The position numbers and the translations under genes were made by a program. 32,000 bases of DNA, from the NCBI RefSeq assembly GCF_000009045.1, contig NC_000964.3, positions 540,001 to 572,000 on the forward strand, in the 5' to 3' direction. This document shows positions 8,710 to 17,492 of this stretch, in pieces (within the stretch, counting starts at the first letter, position 1; each line of letters starts with the position of its first letter). The notes under the pieces were generated by a model. That model did no database searches and had not been told where the DNA came from. It saw nothing but the letters and a program-made list of their open reading frames with translations. The stretch comes from Bacillus subtilis subsp. subtilis str. 168 (GTDB lineage Bacteria; Bacillota; Bacilli; Bacillales; Bacillaceae).

Positions 8710-9651
8710 GTGGGGGAAAATATGTTTAAAAAAGAAAAAGTCACAGAATACATTTGGACTATACTAATACCAACAATCATCACTTTTATCATTAGTTGGG
8801 TTGGGTCTTATTACAATGGTACTTCGACAGTTAGTATTGGACAACCTACAAAAGTTTCCGGTCAGTATATCACGCCAATAAATATAAGTCCCTATCATGA
8901 TATTAAGGAATTAAGAATAACTTTTCCGCAAAAACTAGATGTAAAACAAATTAGTTCAAATGAGCCTATAAATGTAAAATCAGATAAGAACAATATAGGA
9001 GTTGAAAGTAATTCCACTTTTGAGATTGCGAAAATCGTTGAAAATAATAGCGTTCAGTTGCTAATTACAACACAAAAAAAGTTAAACGATAAGGAAATTA
9101 GAATTGATAAAAATGGAAATAACATTTCTGTAAATTATGAATCTCAGATTGTTAATCCTGCAAAAAAACAATTAATCAATCTTATAATTACGTCATCTAT
9201 TTATTTTATAATGCTTAATATACTAGCATTGATTATGAACAAAAGATGGGATAAGTATTATGCAAAAATGAAAAATGAAATCAAAGAATTTGAGGATAAT
9301 GCAAAAGATCTTGATAAAAAATCAAAGAAGAAAAGCGAGGAATTATCGGAGCTGCGAAAGACCTTGAACCAAGCGTTTGAGGAAACTGATAGGATAAAAT
9401 ATCATGAGAAGAAAAAACAAATCCTCCTCTTAGCTAAGTTAAACGATTATAAAAAAGAACTAACCTTTTGGAGAAATACAATAAGAAAAGTTCTTTATGA
9501 ACTTCCTGATGGAGATAAAAAAGCAGATAAACTAATAGGGACAGTTACATCATCTTTAAAAACGTACGGTACAGTCGAAAAAAACGAGCATGATTATGAA
9601 AGTTTAAAAGTAGCAGCTGCCTTACTAAATGATTCTGATAAGAGATCGTAA
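8710..9651 (+). CDS. yddM: Uncharacterised ICE cargo protein with the layout TM, extracytoplasmic domain, TM, charged cytoplasmic coiled coil.
   Basis: The track start is GTG 8710. ATG 8722 (MFKKEK...) behind AGGTGGGGG is the more likely start. TM1 is [22 protein letters not shown] and TM2 is [22 protein letters not shown]. The C-terminal ~130 aa are K/E-rich with a heptad-like pattern. It is the last gene before attR. Confidence 0.85.
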
Positions 9652-9872
9652 TGTACTGGATTTTAATAAACTATTAGAAAGAAGATTAGCTGCAAACATC
9701 AGAACGACCAAACAATGGTGGTATGTTTATAGAGTTTAGTTGTTGAAAAGGGCGAACTATGAGTTTGCTGCCCATTTACTGCCCAGAATAAATAACAAAT
9801 CATGAAAATCAGTGTAAATAAAATAACTTAATGCTATAAATAAAGGCTTTTGTAAATAAAGATATGATTTTA

Positions 9873-9932
9873 CTAGGTTGAGGGCCTAGTGGGTGAATAA
9901 CCCGTGGAGGTTCAAGTCCTCTCGGCCGCATC
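9873..9932 (+). repeat. attR: attR of ICEBs1, consisting of the 3' portion of the tRNA-Leu (trnS-leu2) gene. It is not a complete tRNA.
   Basis: CTAGGTTGAGGGCCTAGTGGGTGAATAACCCGTGGAGGTTCAAGTCCTCTCGGCCGCATC contains the variable arm, T-arm (GGAGGTTCAAGTCCTCT) and acceptor 3' strand. The exact repeat borders cannot be verified because attL is outside the window. Confidence 0.8.
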
Positions 9933-9934
9933 TC

Positions 9935-9976
9935 AATAATACCAAGGGTTTAACCACCTTTGGTATTATTTTTTTG
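9935..9976 (+). terminator. Intrinsic terminator of the tRNA operon directly after attR.
   Basis: A 14-bp stem, AATAATACCAAGGG (9935-9948) with CCTTTGGTATTATT (9957-9970), followed by TTTTTT. Confidence 0.85.
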
Positions 9977-10135
9977 TGTGGAAAATACGGCTATGGGAGA
10001 AGACTTGCTCACCAAAACTCACCAGTTACTTAAAGTAAGTCATCCAAACGGTCGGCGGTTCCTTCTGTTTATTAGGAAAAAGATATCCGTTCATTGTAAA
10101 AGAAACGAACCATGTCCTATTCGTTCAAAAAAACT

Positions 10136-10185
10136 AAAGGGTGATACATATTATACATGATTAATATGTATCACCCTTTTCTTTC
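10136..10185 (-). terminator. Strong bidirectional hairpin terminator downstream of yddN.
   Basis: AAAGGGTGATACATATT (10136-10152) pairs with AATATGTATCACCCTTT (10163-10179). It is flanked by an A-run on the left and a T-rich run on the right. Confidence 0.8.
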
Positions 10186-10239
10186 TTGTTCAACAATCGC
10201 GCTTGAGGAGAACATAAGCTAATACAACTGACTCGATTT

Positions 10240-11259
10240 CTAAAGTTGCTCCATTCTTTTTTTAAACAACTCATCCACAACCTGTTTTAAAATCTCGTAC
10301 GACTGAATTTCCTTGCTCAATTCGTAAATATTAGATAACACAATTAATTCATCTGCGTGATACATTTGTTGGAAATCAATTAGTTCGCGACGAATTGTTT
10401 CTCGATCACCCATGATTGTATACCCCAGTCGACTGTGGAGAATTTCTAATTCAAACTGTGATAACGATTCTAGGAAGTTTTCAGTGGGTGGAATAAGCTT
10501 ACTTAAATTATTTGTATAAATATCAATATACACCTGCAAATGACTTGCAGAAATAAAAGATGCCTCGTCTATAGATTCTGCTGCAATCACATTAATGCAA
10601 GCGATCACATAAGGTTCTTGTAAATAAGAAGACGGTTGGAAATTTTCTCGATAAATAGAGAGCGCTTCTTCCATCGAATGGGGTGAAAATTGAGCGCCAA
10701 ATGCATAGGGTAAACCAAGCTTTGCAGCAATTTCCGCTGAATCCGTTGAGGATCCTAACACAAAAACAGGCACATGCGTTCCAATACCCGGATAAGCGCG
10801 AACCTCACCCTGTACACTCTTATCCCCGACAAAACGCAAAATATCATTTACTTCTCTTTCAAAGAAAAACACTCCATTATGGTTGGAACGACGAATCACA
10901 TCGGCCGTTTTTTGATCCGTTCCGGGTGCGCGTCCTAATGCCAAATCTACACGATTTGGATATAATGTTTCAAGTGTTCCAAATTGCTCCGCTACGATTA
11001 ATGGGGAATGATTTGGCAACATAATACCCCCTGAACCTACGCGAATGTCTTTTGTATTTGCTAATATATGTTGTACAATTGATACGGTTGCTGCACTTGC
11101 ATAAGCGTCGTGATTATGATGCTCTGCAAACCAAATCCGTTTATAGCCCATATTATCTACAGCTTTAGCTAATGACACTGCAGAATCAATCCCTTGTTTC
11201 ATTGTTTCTCCTTGTCTTAATGGAGCAACTGATAAAACAGATATATCAAATTTTTTCAT
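10240..11259 (-). CDS. yddN: Luciferase-like (LLM-class) flavin-dependent oxidoreductase (339 aa).
   Basis: SD GAGGTGAAATT precedes the ATG. The N-terminal pattern is typical of the LLM family (SVLSVAP...WFAEHHN...GSGGIMLPNHSPL). Confidence 0.9.
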   Translation of the reverse strand: MKKFDISVLSVAPLRQGETMKQGIDSAVSLAKAVDNMGYKRIWFAEHHNHDAYASAATVSIVQHILANTKDIRVGSGGIMLPNHSPLIVAEQFGTLETLYPNRVDLALGRAPGTDQKTADVIRRSNHNGVFFFEREVNDILRFVGDKSVQGEVRAYPGIGTHVPVFVLGSSTDSAEIAAKLGLPYAFGAQFSPHSMEEALSIYRENFQPSSYLQEPYVIACINVIAAESIDEASFISASHLQVYIDIYTNNLSKLIPPTENFLESLSQFELEILHSRLGYTIMGDRETIRRELIDFQQMYHADELIVLSNIYELSKEIQSYEILKQVVDELFKKRMEQL

Positions 11260-11518
11260 AATTTCACCTCTAAAATAATGAACTTATACAAGATCAATGG
11301 AAAAAACATTTTGAAAAATTGTTTCATATTAAATGGTGTCCATTCCTCTTTGATTTGCATGCAAATAAATATATACTTTCTCAAACGATCAATACATAGG
11401 CAAAATAAAGTTATTTCACAATTTCACTTTACTTTTAAAGTTTTAAGCAAACATAAAAAAATGTTCAGTGAACAAAATATGTAAAATACATCTTATTTTT
11501 CAGAAAGGATACAAGAAA

Positions 11519-11929
11519 ATGATTGATGAAATAGATAAAAAAATACTTGATGAGCTGTCTAAAAATAGTCGCCTTACAATGAAAAAATTAGGGGAAAAAG
11601 TACATCTCACTGCACCAGCAACCGCATCAAGAGTAGTAAAGTTAATAGACAATGGCATAATAAAAGGATGTAGTATCGAAGTGAATCAAGTGAAATTAGG
11701 CTTCTCTATACATGCTTTTCTTAATATTTATATCGAAAAAATCCATCATCAACCCTATTTAGCTTTTATAGAAACACAAGATAACTATGTAATAAACAAT
11801 TATAAAGTTAGTGGAGACGGTTGCTATTTGCTTGAATGTAAATTTCCTTCAAACGAGGTATTAGATCAATTTTTAAATGACTTAAATAAACATGCAAACT
11901 ATAAAGTGTCGATTGTTATTGGTAAATAG
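11519..11929 (+). CDS. lrpA: Lrp/AsnC-family transcriptional regulator.
   Basis: The family N-terminus MIDEIDKKILDELSKNSRLTMKKLGEKVHLTAPATASRV starts at ATG 11519. The track extension from GTG 11468 lacks an SD and family similarity. Confidence 0.9.
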   Translation: MIDEIDKKILDELSKNSRLTMKKLGEKVHLTAPATASRVVKLIDNGIIKGCSIEVNQVKLGFSIHAFLNIYIEKIHHQPYLAFIETQDNYVINNYKVSGDGCYLLECKFPSNEVLDQFLNDLNKHANYKVSIVIGK

Positions 11930-11982
11930 TTAACTTTATAAAACGGAGATGTGCGGTCATATAACATGATATATATGCTCTA

Positions 11983-12029
11983 AAAAAGCCCTAGGTTGGA
12001 TATGGAATTTACCAAGCTGGGGCCTTTTT
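11983..12029. terminator. Imperfect bidirectional hairpin between convergent lrpA and lrpB.
   Basis: AAAAAGCCCTAGGTTGG pairs with CCAAGCTGGGGCCTTTTT, with one bulge and two mismatches. Confidence 0.5.
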
Positions 12030-12051
12030 ATACATTATAATAACAAGCGCA

Positions 12052-12501
12052 TTATTCATCAGACATTAATGAAGTATTATAATGCTTTTTTACTTCCTTA
12101 ATAGACAAATAAAGCTGATAGTTTCCATACTTCAATAAATCATTCAGAAGGTGATTTAAAACTTCTTGTGAATGAACCGTTACCTTCAGAAGATAACATG
12201 CATCTCCCGAAACACGATGAGCTTCGCTAATTTCATTACGAGTAGCAATAAATTTCAATAAATCATCATGCATATATGCATTCATGAAAAAGAAGACAAA
12301 GGCTGTAAAAGAAAACCCCATCTTCAATTCATCAACCACAATCGAATATGCTTTAATGATACCGTTATCCTCCATTTTTTTGATGCGATTGCCTACCGCT
12401 TGTCCTGTCATATGAATTTTTTCACCGATTTCTTTCCATTGTATCCGAGCATTTTTATTTAATAATTGGAGAATTTGAAAATCAATTGAATCAATTTGCA
12501 T
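12052..12501 (-). CDS. lrpB: Lrp/AsnC-family transcriptional regulator, paralogue of lrpA.
   Basis: ATG at 12501 (MQIDSIDFQILQLLNKNARIQWKEIGEKIHMTGQAV...) is preceded by AAAGGAG. The track start at 12516 sits inside the SD. Confidence 0.9.
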   Translation of the reverse strand: MQIDSIDFQILQLLNKNARIQWKEIGEKIHMTGQAVGNRIKKMEDNGIIKAYSIVVDELKMGFSFTAFVFFFMNAYMHDDLLKFIATRNEISEAHRVSGDACYLLKVTVHSQEVLNHLLNDLLKYGNYQLYLSIKEVKKHYNTSLMSDE

Positions 12502-12615
12502 AGTAACTCCTTTCACAGTGAAAAAGTTTTACAAAATAGTATTTCATGAGACCATCGAAAATTCAATGGAAATTATATATCCTTATACAGTATAAAAATT
12601 TTAAGAGGTGAAAAA

Positions 12616-13158
12616 ATGACAACAGCTTTATTAGTGATTGATATTCAAAATGATTACTTTCCAAATGGGAAGATGGCTTTAACAAACCCAGAGAAAGCAG
12701 CACAAAATGCGGCTAAACTACTTTCACACTTTAGAAACACAGGCGCACCTGTCTTTCATGTACAGCATATCACAGAAGGTAACATCGCTCATTTTTTCCA
12801 TCCAAATACAGAAGGTGTCGAAATTCATGAGTCAGTACGTCCATTAGAGAAAGAGACAGTCATTGTAAAACATATGCCGAATAGCTTTTTCAATACAGAT
12901 TTAAATGGAAAGCTACAAGAAGAAGGGGTTAAAGAATTAGTTGTTTGCGGTATGATGTCCCATATGTGTATTGATGCAACAGTTCGTTCTGCAGTTGAAC
13001 ATGGTTATGTATGCCAAGTGGTAGAAGATGCTTGCGCAACAACAACATTGCAAATTGAAGATAAAATCGTTCCTGCTGAGCATGTCCATTACGCATTTAT
13101 GGCCGCATTAAATGGTGTCTATGCAACAGTAAAAACCACAGAGGCATTTTTAAAATAA
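12616..13158 (+). CDS. yddQ: Isochorismatase-family cysteine hydrolase (180 aa).
   Basis: SD AAGAGGTG. Family hallmarks are LLVIDIQNDYF and the Cys motif VVCGMMSHMCIDATVRSA. Confidence 0.9.
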   Translation: MTTALLVIDIQNDYFPNGKMALTNPEKAAQNAAKLLSHFRNTGAPVFHVQHITEGNIAHFFHPNTEGVEIHESVRPLEKETVIVKHMPNSFFNTDLNGKLQEEGVKELVVCGMMSHMCIDATVRSAVEHGYVCQVVEDACATTTLQIEDKIVPAEHVHYAFMAALNGVYATVKTTEAFLK

Positions 13159-13221
13159 AAGAATTTCCTGCGCGAACATAACGTCTTTCTTTTCACAAGA
13201 AAGATGATTCAACAACTTAAA

Positions 13222-13262
13222 AAAGGATGTTCAGAAAAATACTTCTGGACATCCTTTATTCA
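13222..13262 (+). terminator. Intrinsic terminator after yddQ.
   Basis: A 15-bp stem (one G-U pair), AAAGGATGTTCAGAA (13222-13236) with TTCTGGACATCCTTT (13243-13257), followed by a T-rich tail. Confidence 0.7.
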
Positions 13263-13264
13263 TT

Positions 13265-13575
13265 ATCTTTTATTGTTTTTCAGTATCATTATTCCCATCT
13301 GATAAAAGATCAAGATGTCCTGTTTTTGATCCATAGTAAGACCATATACAGGGATTGTTTTTGCCATAAATATAGATATTGATGAAGGTTTACATAAAGC
13401 ACCTAATTGCTTGATTTACTTTAATGTTAGATCCCTCAATAACTCCATTCTCTTCTAATTTCTCTACTCTAGCTGTAGCTGCTGGGCATGTTAAATGTAC
13501 TCTCTCCCAGATCTTTCATTGAATTCGGCTATTATACATAATTTCTCTATAATTTTTTATCTGTTTGATCTATTT
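13265..13575 (-). pseudogene. Decayed third Lrp/AsnC-family gene carrying stops, a frameshift and a truncation.
   Basis: Minus-strand translation gives DQTDKKL*RNYV**PNSMKDLGE, then after a frameshift VHLTCPAATARVEKLEENGVIEGSNIKVNQAIRCFM*TFINIYIYGKNN. This is colinear with LrpA (KVHLTAPATASRVVKLIDNGIIKGCSIEVNQVKLGFSIHAFLNIYIEK). Confidence 0.65.
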
Positions 13576-13710
13576 GAACGTTAATTCCTTTCGAAAATAA
13601 AGTCAAAGAGTTAAAACACTTTTTTTTATCTATGTATTCGAACACTGCTGATATTATACACTTAACTCTGTCGATCTAAGACAAATAAAAAAAGAAAGTG
13701 AGTTGTAAAT

Positions 13711-14475
13711 ATGAATATTACACAAATTCGAAATGCAACAATTGTTGTAAAATACGCAAATAAAAAATTTTTGATAGATCCTATGTTAGCAGAGAAAGGT
13801 ACGTACGCTACTTTCCCTGAAACGATCAGACAAGATTTATTTAATCCTTTGGTGAGTTTGCCAACATCAATTGATAACATTCTGGATGGCGTAGATGCGG
13901 TAATTGTTACTCATCTACACCTAGATCACTTTGATGATGTGGCAAAAAACGTATTGCCAAAAAACATCAAAATGTTTGTTCAAAATGAAGCAGATGCAAA
14001 AGAAGTAAAAGCAAGTGGTTTCAAAAATGTAGAAGTGCTACATCAAGACACTGTTTTTGAAGGGATCCAATTAGTAAAAACAAAAGGTGAACATGGCAGA
14101 GGGGAAGAGTTATTAAACTTAATGGGTGATGTTTGTGGATTAGTATTCAAGCACCCAAGTGAAAAAGTTTTATATGTAGCTGGGGATACAGTTTGGTATG
14201 ATGCTATCGAAGACGAGATTCATACACATCAACCAGAAATCATTGTGGTTAATGGTGGAGACAATCAAAGATTAGATTTAGGTTCACTCATCATGGGAAA
14301 AGAAGACATCTATGAAGTTCACAAGGCTGCTCCTCATGCTAAGATTATATCTGTTCATATGGAAGCTGTTAACCATTGGACACTATCTAGAGAAGAATTA
14401 AAAAACTTTAGTAAAGAAAAAGGATTCTCAAGTAATATTTTAGTGCCAGAAGATGGCGAGTCTTACACATTTTAA
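13711..14475 (+). CDS. yddR: Metallo-beta-lactamase-fold hydrolase (254 aa).
   Basis: The HxHxDH motif is VTHLHLDHFDD. The SD-like sequence AAAGTGAG lies upstream. Confidence 0.9.
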   Translation: MNITQIRNATIVVKYANKKFLIDPMLAEKGTYATFPETIRQDLFNPLVSLPTSIDNILDGVDAVIVTHLHLDHFDDVAKNVLPKNIKMFVQNEADAKEVKASGFKNVEVLHQDTVFEGIQLVKTKGEHGRGEELLNLMGDVCGLVFKHPSEKVLYVAGDTVWYDAIEDEIHTHQPEIIVVNGGDNQRLDLGSLIMGKEDIYEVHKAAPHAKIISVHMEAVNHWTLSREELKNFSKEKGFSSNILVPEDGESYTF

Positions 14476-14495
14476 TATGAACACCGACAAATAAA

Positions 14496-14540
14496 TAGAA
14501 GAAGCTCATAATTATAAAAACTAATCATGAGCTTCTTCTA
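14496..14540. terminator. 14-bp hairpin after yddR, a possible terminator with no clean T-tract.
   Basis: TAGAAGAAGCTCAT (14496-14509) pairs with ATGAGCTTCTTCTA (14527-14540). Confidence 0.5.
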
Positions 14541-14668
14541 ATAATGAATATTTTAAATTTTAAATATATCGAAAATCCTAAATATACGGAATAACAAAAA
14601 TGGAATGTTCCAATGATGACAAAAAAACTTGAAAAGCAACAAAGATGTGTCGTTAGGAGGTAGAATTC

Positions 14669-15979
14669 ATGGTAATGACAAAAAAAGATACAAATATATC
14701 AACACAGCAGCCTCTTTGGTTACAAGGTTATATTGATTCACCAGAAAAACAAAACCAACTTTATAAAAAAACATTAAAAATCTTGATTTTTTCACAAATA
14801 TTTGGGGGAGCAGGACTTGGAGCTGGGATAACAGTTGGGGCGCTTCTTGCACAAGATATGATAGGATCGGAAAATGTAGCAGGAATTCCAACTGCCCTCT
14901 TTACTTTTGGATCTGCCGTAGCTGCCCTGCTTATAGGAGCATCCTCACAACGTTTTGGTCGCAGAGCTGGACTTGCAGGTGGTTTCCTTATAGGCGGATT
15001 AGGTGCTATAGGTGTGATAATCGCGGCTTTAATTAACAGCGTTGCCCTATTATTTGTTTCTCTTCTTATTTATGGAGCAGGTATGGCTTCTAATCTTCAA
15101 GTTCGGTATGCTGGGACAGACCTTGCAAATGAGAAACAACGGGCAACTGCTGCAAGTATGGCCTTAGTTTCTACTACTTTAGGAGCTGTAGTAGGTCCTA
15201 ACTTAGTTAATACAATGGGGGAATTTGCAGATTCAATTGGTGTTCCCAATTTAGCTGGTCCGTTTATTATGTCAGGAGCAGCTTTTATAATTGCTGGAAT
15301 TATTCTCTTAATTTTTCTTCGTCCAGATCCGCTGTTTGTATCAACAGCTATTGCGAATGCTGAGAAAAAAGACGATAAAGTACAAATAGGAGGAAGTCTA
15401 AAAAATCCTGCTATAGACAAAAAAGGAATAATGGTAGGAGCTGTCATTATGATTTTAGCTCAACTAATCATGACAGCTATTATGACAATGACACCGGTTC
15501 ACATGGGTCATCACGGTCATGGTTTAAGCGAAGTGGGATTAGTTATAGGACTCCATATTGCAGCGATGTATCTTCCTTCACCATTGACTGGTTTATTAGT
15601 AGATAAGTTTGGTCGCACAACTATGGCTATTGCTTCAGGTGCCACACTTCTTGCCGCTGGGTTGGTGGCAGCTATTGCACCGGCAGACTCATTATCATTG
15701 CTAATCCTAGCACTAGTATTACTAGGGGTAGGTTGGAACTTTGGTTTACTAACGGGAACTGCCCTTATTATAGATTCAACACATCCATCTCTACGTGCAA
15801 AAACACAGGGAACATTCGATGTTTTATTAGCACTATCAGGAGCAGCAGGTGGAGCCTTGTCAGGAATGGTTGTTGCACATTCTAGTTATACAATACTATC
15901 AATTTCTGGAGCCGTTTTATCATTGTTACTCATTCCAGTAGTTATTTGGTATTTTAGAAGGATTCAGGAAAAAGCATAA
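14669..15979 (+). CDS. yddS: MFS transporter (436 aa, about 12 TM segments), colinear paralogue of ydeG.
   Basis: SD AGGAGG lies 8 nt upstream. The MFS motif is GRRAGL after TM2. The protein is hydrophobic throughout. Confidence 0.92.
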   Translation: MVMTKKDTNISTQQPLWLQGYIDSPEKQNQLYKKTLKILIFSQIFGGAGLGAGITVGALLAQDMIGSENVAGIPTALFTFGSAVAALLIGASSQRFGRRAGLAGGFLIGGLGAIGVIIAALINSVALLFVSLLIYGAGMASNLQVRYAGTDLANEKQRATAASMALVSTTLGAVVGPNLVNTMGEFADSIGVPNLAGPFIMSGAAFIIAGIILLIFLRPDPLFVSTAIANAEKKDDKVQIGGSLKNPAIDKKGIMVGAVIMILAQLIMTAIMTMTPVHMGHHGHGLSEVGLVIGLHIAAMYLPSPLTGLLVDKFGRTTMAIASGATLLAAGLVAAIAPADSLSLLILALVLLGVGWNFGLLTGTALIIDSTHPSLRAKTQGTFDVLLALSGAAGGALSGMVVAHSSYTILSISGAVLSLLLIPVVIWYFRRIQEKA

Positions 15980-16561
15980 GCTTATATAACTGTCTTTGAA
16001 GAACCTAAGTAGACATTACTTTACCGGAACCTCCTTTTTCTATTTATTATAGTAAGGAGTTGACATGGCATTAGTGGCATGTGTATAACTACACAATTAT
16101 TTGGGATTCAGAGAGCATGTAATGAACGGAAGAGATAATTATTTATCACTTTTATTATTGTACGGTGTTCTTGTGGCATTAAGTTCAGTCAATTTTGGTC
16201 TAACTGTTTTCTTTTTGTTTTCATCACCTCTCCATATTATTAACAAACACGAAAAGGATTTTAATGAAAATAAAATGATTAGCGTATGTATCTCTAATTT
16301 TCAAAATGAATGAATAGTCCTTTTTAAGATTTACACACTTATTCTCCAAGGAAAAATGACTCAATTTTTCGATTTTTTATGTAAATCAAAAAAGAATCAT
16401 GTTAGAGTAGGTGTGCTGAAAATAATTCAAAAAATTATTTTGCGATATGATTAAAGTAATATTGCCAGAGAGTTTCAATTGGACAAAATTGTAAGTGTTT
16501 AATACACTGGGGCTGCAATCAAATATGCACCTGGAATCAATTGCTAAACGGGGGAGTTTAT

Positions 16562-16738
16562 ATGAACAACAAGAAAAATATCTTTGATATTGTTATGTAC
16601 ATTATTTTCGGTGTGTTAAGTCTTTTTCTAGTTGCAAAAACTGATTATGGCACTGGAGTTTTAGTGTTTGTTGCAATTTTATACCTCGCTGTTATTGCTT
16701 ATAAAATTAAGCAAGTATTTAGTAATTCAGATTCTTAA
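16562..16738 (+). CDS. Small two-TM membrane protein (58 aa), possibly ydzM of strain 168.
   Basis: GGGGGAG lies 7 nt before ATG 16562. The TM segments are IFDIVMYIIFGVLSLFLVA and GVLVFVAILYLAVIAY. The gene lies 24 nt upstream of yddT. Confidence 0.6.
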   Translation: MNNKKNIFDIVMYIIFGVLSLFLVAKTDYGTGVLVFVAILYLAVIAYKIKQVFSNSDS

Positions 16739-16762
16739 GGTGTAACACAAGGAGGATTTCAA

Positions 16763-17449
16763 TTGAGAAAGAAAAGAGTTATTACTTGTGTTATGGCTGC
16801 ATCATTGACTTTAGGCTCACTTTTACCTGCAGGTTACGCTTCTGCAAAGGAGGACTCTAAGACAACCCCTTCTTACGAAGAACTAGCTCTACATTACAAA
16901 ATGAAAAGTGAAAAGATTTCATCGAACGGGAAATTAGTTGAAATTGAGTATGTGAGTGGAAATGAAACTCACAAAGTTCAGATGAACGGAAATAATCATA
17001 CTGTAAAAGTCGATGGCATAGAACAAAAAGGTTTAAACTTTGAGTATGATGAAAATGTTGCTAAAAGAACAAATTATGAAAACAATAATTTGAAATCAAA
17101 TGAATTCACAACACAGGCTGCAAAACCTAAAAAGGGATACCATTATGTGGGGACTTTATCTGGGCATACAAAAGCAGCTAAAAATGCGTTATCAGTTACA
17201 ATGTCATTAGTCGGTATTGTCCCTGGCTTGGGATGGGGGAGTAAGGCTGCCACTATTTTATTCTCTTATTGGGCAAAAGAACAAATCCCTGATGCGTATT
17301 ATAAATATGATTTATACGAAAAAGGAGCAATGACTGATAGTTGGTATCAGTATGCTACAGTTCAATTTTTTGAAGATAAAGCTCATAAAAAGAAAATGGG
17401 CAAACCTTGGACAAGTACTCCTGCAAAAGTAGATTTACCTAATAGCTAA
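16763..17449 (+). CDS. yddT: Secreted protein of unknown function (228 aa).
   Basis: AAGGAGG lies upstream of a TTG start. The Sec signal peptide is MRKKRVITCVMAASLTLGSLLPAGYASA-KE. Confidence 0.85.
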   Translation: MRKKRVITCVMAASLTLGSLLPAGYASAKEDSKTTPSYEELALHYKMKSEKISSNGKLVEIEYVSGNETHKVQMNGNNHTVKVDGIEQKGLNFEYDENVAKRTNYENNNLKSNEFTTQAAKPKKGYHYVGTLSGHTKAAKNALSVTMSLVGIVPGLGWGSKAATILFSYWAKEQIPDAYYKYDLYEKGAMTDSWYQYATVQFFEDKAHKKKMGKPWTSTPAKVDLPNS

Positions 17450-17453
17450 TTTT

Positions 17454-17492
17454 AAAATCACTTTGTCTTTATAAAGGACAAAGTGATTTTTT
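17454..17492 (+). terminator. Intrinsic terminator after yddT.
   Basis: AAAATCACTTTGTC (17454-17467) pairs with GACAAAGTGATTTT (17477-17490), followed by TT. Confidence 0.8.

Larger units (their letters stand above)
1..9932. mobile_element. ICEBs1: Right-hand ~10 kb of an ICEBs1-type integrative and conjugative element: type IV secretion genes, wall hydrolase, exclusion gene and cargo, ending at attR.
   Basis: Gene order is conE-yddF-conG-cwlT-yddI-yddJ-(yddK)-rapI-phrI-yddM, followed by a tRNA-Leu 3'-end fragment. The left end (int, xis, immR, nicK) lies outside the window. Confidence 0.9.

Noticed and set aside
9873-9932. Possible intact tRNA-Leu gene.
   Set aside because: Only the variable arm, T-arm and acceptor 3' strand are present. 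The 5' acceptor strand, D-arm and anticodon arm are missing, as expected for attR of an element integrated in the tRNA gene.
9960-10160. Plus-strand 66-aa ORF just after attR.
   Set aside because: It starts inside the tRNA terminator hairpin and runs into the yddN terminator hairpin. It has no SD.
10683-11024. 113-aa ORF antisense to yddN. Similar antisense ORFs are 12268..12462 (lrpB), 15097..15447 (yddS), 25752..26042 (ydeF), 26672..27331 (ydeG) and 27820..28089 (ydeH).
   Set aside because: All lie entirely within better-supported genes on the opposite strand and lack translation signals. They are typical shadow ORFs.
11278-11518. ORF 11278..11484 and the N-terminal extension of the lrpA track ORF (11468-11518).
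   Set aside because: This is the promoter and leader region between divergent yddN and lrpA. The Lrp family alignment starts at MIDEIDKK (11519).
16101-16313. 70-aa hydrophobic ORF downstream of yddS.
   Set aside because: A TTGACA...TATAAC-like promoter lies upstream and one TM-like stretch makes the ORF tempting. However, the SD is weak (AGAGAG), there is no terminator, and I know of no conservation. It is too uncertain to call.
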